DNA of 64,000 nt, from contig CAVNZM010000005.1 in NCBI GenBank assembly GCA_963693365.1, positions 744,001 to 808,000 on the forward strand, in the 5' to 3' direction. Of the stretch, positions 13,104-64,000 are shown piece after piece. Made by a program: the position numbers and the translations under genes. The stretch's first letter is position 1, and every line of letters starts with the position of its first letter. Under the pieces are notes generated by a model, which was not told where the DNA came from, did not search any database, and saw only the letters and a program-made list of their open reading frames with translations. This DNA comes from Amoebidium appalachense. Its lineage: Eukaryota; Protista; Ichthyosporea.

Positions 13104-13519
13104 ACGCACACGCACATGCACACGCACATGCACACGCACACGCACACACAACGTAACACAAAATCCACACACAGACACCTTGCACACGCACAAACGCAAT
13201 TTTTTTTTTAAGTGCATACCAGATACGCTTGCAACACCTGTCGGAATCTCTTCAAAACAACACAACACTCGCACTCTCCCGACCAGATCTAGCTACATAG
13301 ACCATCTGCTGACTTGTCGGCACAGTGCTCACTGAGTGCAAGCACACATGTCCATACAATGATTTTCTGGGTTTTTTATGGGCGGTCATGGAAAGCGAAC
13401 CTTTTAGCTTGTTCAACTGGCAGTGCAGCATGGAAACTCAGTATTCATAAGAAAAGCCAGCCATCTGCCAGATGTTTTTGTTAATTGTGTGCACTGGCTA
13501 TTGGAGCTTGGGAGAGAAA

Positions 13520-13552
<33 letters not shown>

Positions 13553-13991
13553 TGTCCCGGGCCGGCCCCAAGCTAGCACTACTTATATTTAATGGATCAT
13601 CAGTGACGCCGGCCCGGCCCTCTTCCCCCCTCCCACACCCCCTCCCCCACGCCCCCCCCCCCCCCCCCCCCCCCCCCCCTTCCCCCTACCCCGAGCGAGT
13701 CTTCCCCCCTCCCCCCCCCCCCCCCCCCCCGACCCCGCCCACCCGGAGTCGTGCACACGTATGTTGATAAGTTATACTAAAGTTGGGTCAAGTGGCAATC
13801 CCACATTTTTGTTTCTTTTATAAACGTAATGAATGAGCATGGCAACATGCCAAGACTCCATTGTCCGAGTCGAAGCCGTCCGACGCAGTGATCCCGGCCG
13901 GCCCTTGGGCCGTCGATCTAACAAGAGCGGGGTGCTCAAGCAACATCTGCAGAGGTGCACGTGAGGGGAGAGGGGTGGCGTGTGTGTGCGT

Positions 13992-14022
<31 letters not shown>

Positions 14023-15471
14023 GGGGGGGGGGGGAGGGGGGGAGGGGAGGGGGGAGGGGGGAGAGGGGAGTGGGGAGGGGGAGAGGGGATGGAGGAAGGG
14101 GAGGAGAGGACAGGCAACGGAAACATAGCCTCCTTGGAGTGCCAGGGTGTAAAAGTATTGGAGGTCGTCTCGCCGGCGCAGCTCTCCCACGGGGGGTGCG
14201 CCATGTGGCTTGTGCCACTGGCTTATAAGTACGTTAGGTATGATATATTAAGCTGTGGCTACATACATGGTATGTTAGAGAGGCCTCAGGGAGACAGCAT
14301 TCGAAGTGGCCATTTTTGAAATCATGCTATGTCCCTGTGTAGATATATACCAAAATGTACCTCAGTTGTAACCAACTTCAAGATATGGGAATTCACACCC
14401 TGGTCTGCTCGCAGAATCTGGGTACAGATATATTCACATACCTCAGTAGCCAATTAGATGATTGCTCAACTCTGGATGTCCCCCTAGGTGCATTCCATGC
14501 AATATTTCTAAAATACCAATAGCAAAGATGCCAACTTTTACTTCGATCTCTTAGCTGTCATGAACGTCAACTTTTTTCCCCGATTCTTCACCATGGCAGG
14601 TATATAAAGGCTTTCGTTTTTTCTTTTTGTGGTGGGAAAGGGTCCCACTCAGGGGAACGTGACACTGTGTGTGTGTAGTGCGGCCTTGTCTATTCCTACT
14701 GCTGTGAGAGTGTGGGGACATCTCCCTTCCGCGGAGTTTCTCGCTTGAGGAGTGGTTTCTTCGACATCTGGTGGCCCACTGCAACTTACGGTGACTTCTA
14801 CACGCTATCTACGCTTCTACGCGAGCTATTGGCGGTGGGCTGCTGCAACTTCTTCAACTGCTTCTGCGCTGCGTGAGTGGAGGGGTAGCTATAGCTACTG
14901 GGTCGTCGAGGAGCTTTCCTTGTGGCTGCCGTGTTTTCAGCCTTCCGCAGTAGGCAATGACTGGGTTTGCTTGCATGCATTATGTAGTTGTGTTTTCCTG
15001 TGTGTCCTGCCACAACTAGGCCACCTTATCAAAGAGTTAGAGACAGCTTCTGCGGGTTTTCTAGGGGACGGGCCCGTGGGGATTGTTTTCTCTCTCGGAT
15101 TTTGTCTGCATTGCTCTTTAAAGGGCTGGCTTGCTTGCTGTGCCCCGGTAGGTTTTGAGGGGGGCCTGTTGGGGGGCAGCAGTAATGATGTCTTCTTGCG
15201 GAGTGTGGCCTGGTCATCATCGCTGCATATGACTAGTTGGAGCAAACTCGTTTCACGCATACACGTGCACTTGTACCTTTGCCCGCTGATGTCCTTTGGT
15301 CACTTGTTGTTTTATTTTTTATTTCATCGCTGTGGCTCTTTCGAAGTCGGTTATTTTGGTGGTCATGTAGCCTGTGGCTGCACGTTGCCTTCATATCCAC
15401 TGGACCACTGATCAATACATCCCAGTTGAAGAGAAAAAAAATGCCAACTTGCAAATGGGCATGTGCATGTG

Positions 15472-15605
15472 AAAGGCCGCTTTGTCGTCGAAAATGATAG
15501 AGCTACAAAATTAAAATGTCGTGTTTTTTTTTCAAACCTATACGCAAGCTGACATAGAATATACTATTTAGCATTTTTTTGGTTATCGACGACAAAGCGC
15601 TCTTT
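15472..15605. mobile_element. ~135-bp MITE-like element with inverted termini
   Basis: CGCTTTGTCGTCGA (15478-15491) and TCGACGACAAAGCG (15586-15599) form a perfect 14-bp inverted pair, extended by AAAG/CTTT. The interior is AT-rich. Confidence 0.65.
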
Positions 15606-16754
15606 ATAAATGATTGTTTTACTACAATAGTTCAATTGGAGCGTGCCCTTGCAAGTGAAAATCCTGCCACCTACTGAGTTGGCTCCTTATTTTTCCTTAC
15701 ACATTCAGCGAACACTGGACTCTATCGAACCGTCGAGGCGCCGCGACAGAAAGCATGCACGCGGTCGCGAGAGTGTAAGGAAAAATCGCCCGCCTGCAGC
15801 GAACGTAAAGTTCATCGCAGCGCGTGCACACCGTCAGTACGTGTGAGGTGAAAATCCTTTTTTTGTTGAAAATCAGAATGAACCCCCACACACTGGTGCA
15901 CAAGCAAGAGGGTCATGCTCGGTGAGTCTATACAACCTGTACGTGCCAGGTCGCCAGGTAGAGAGCAATTATTTTTAACAATCGTACCTTGCGTGCTGTT
16001 CTGATAATCAGCTGTAAACAAACAGTAATTACAACTTCAAAGTGGTCTGCTACTTTACGAGTTCTGAAGCGCGGCCGGGTCTGGCAACTCCCGGTAGAAA
16101 TAACGGTATGCAGGGGAGAATTATGGAAGCCAATCAAAGGCGATGTCCTCTTGAGAAAGATTTCGGCCGCCAACTCAAATGGGTTTTAAATAAGGTCATT
16201 TACCTCATTTACAAAACCATTAAAAACTGCTAGGTTTTTGATAATTTTAAACAAAAATTAAAAGGAGATACACTTAGTTTATAACTTTTTGTCATGCATA
16301 TGCAGTAAGCATTCCAGACAGTTTCTCGTACCCTGGCCGCCCAGCCCGCGACGGATTGTCGTATGCTTGTTGTTTGTGTGTCTGTACTGTAGGTAAAGCA
16401 GTTTTTAGGCGCTCAACGGCAATAGTTTCTAGGCTCTCTTAACCCCCCTCTTTTTTCAGGCTGTTGACACTACCGGTTGTGCTTCGAAGGTTTTCGTATC
16501 TTTCTAAGGCCTTAAGCCCACGCCGCTTGGTGCTAGTGTAGGCTTAAGGGATCTGCTGCCGCCCAAGAAAAGAAGATCAGCCGAGCATCTAATGTGTAGT
16601 TTAGCACCAACGAGACACGCTGCATAGCCAGCCTCCCACTCTCGCCTTGTGTTCCTTGCGTGTGCAAGCGCGCGCTTCAAACGCGAGCATGCACCTAAAA
16701 CCCCTCTACCTGCAGTTCTAAGCTTTCTCTGGTGCGCACACACCCAACAGCAGA

Positions 16755-63958
<47,204 letters not shown>

Positions 63959-64000
63959 GTGAGTGGTGGCATCTTCTCTTCCGTATATGCTCAGTCACAT

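Noticed and set aside
14330-15450. Possible LINE remnant on the minus strand (NIAWNAPRG resembles an APE endonuclease start)
   Set aside because: A single weak motif among stops, with no RT or CCHC motif found.

Overview
Eukaryotic, intron-rich, microsatellite-rich genomic DNA with poly-C/G, (CA)n and (GA)n tracts. A unicellular holozoan such as an ichthyosporean is my guess, not something the sequence proves. Almost all ORFs in the supplied track are low-complexity artefacts. Two real genes can be reconstructed by hand. (1) A two-exon minus-strand gene (3761->1512, 669 aa) encodes a predicted secreted protein: signal peptide, EGF/cbEGF, VWC-like module, Pro/Thr linker and an SBP56/methanethiol-oxidase-like beta-propeller. 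(2) A giant plus-strand gene starts at 16755 and runs off the window end. I count 76 GT-AG exons (~13.0 kb, ~4,350 aa) encoding a signal peptide, an unknown Cys-free N-terminal domain and about 96 EGF/calcium-binding EGF modules, plus one hevein-like and one PAN-like domain. Nearly all of its exons are symmetric phase-1 cassettes. Between the genes (4-16.5 kb) lie MITE-like elements, a possible degenerate transposase and satellites. The most notable observations are: the size and modularity of the EGF array, including a 143-bp identical exon-plus-acceptor tract 22.4 kb apart; an apparent poly-C / (GT)n-(CA)n intron code; tandem repeats seeded on splice sites; a recurrent EGF variant with shifted cysteines; a multi-hairpin intronic repeat family; and the EGF-VWC-SBP56 fusion.
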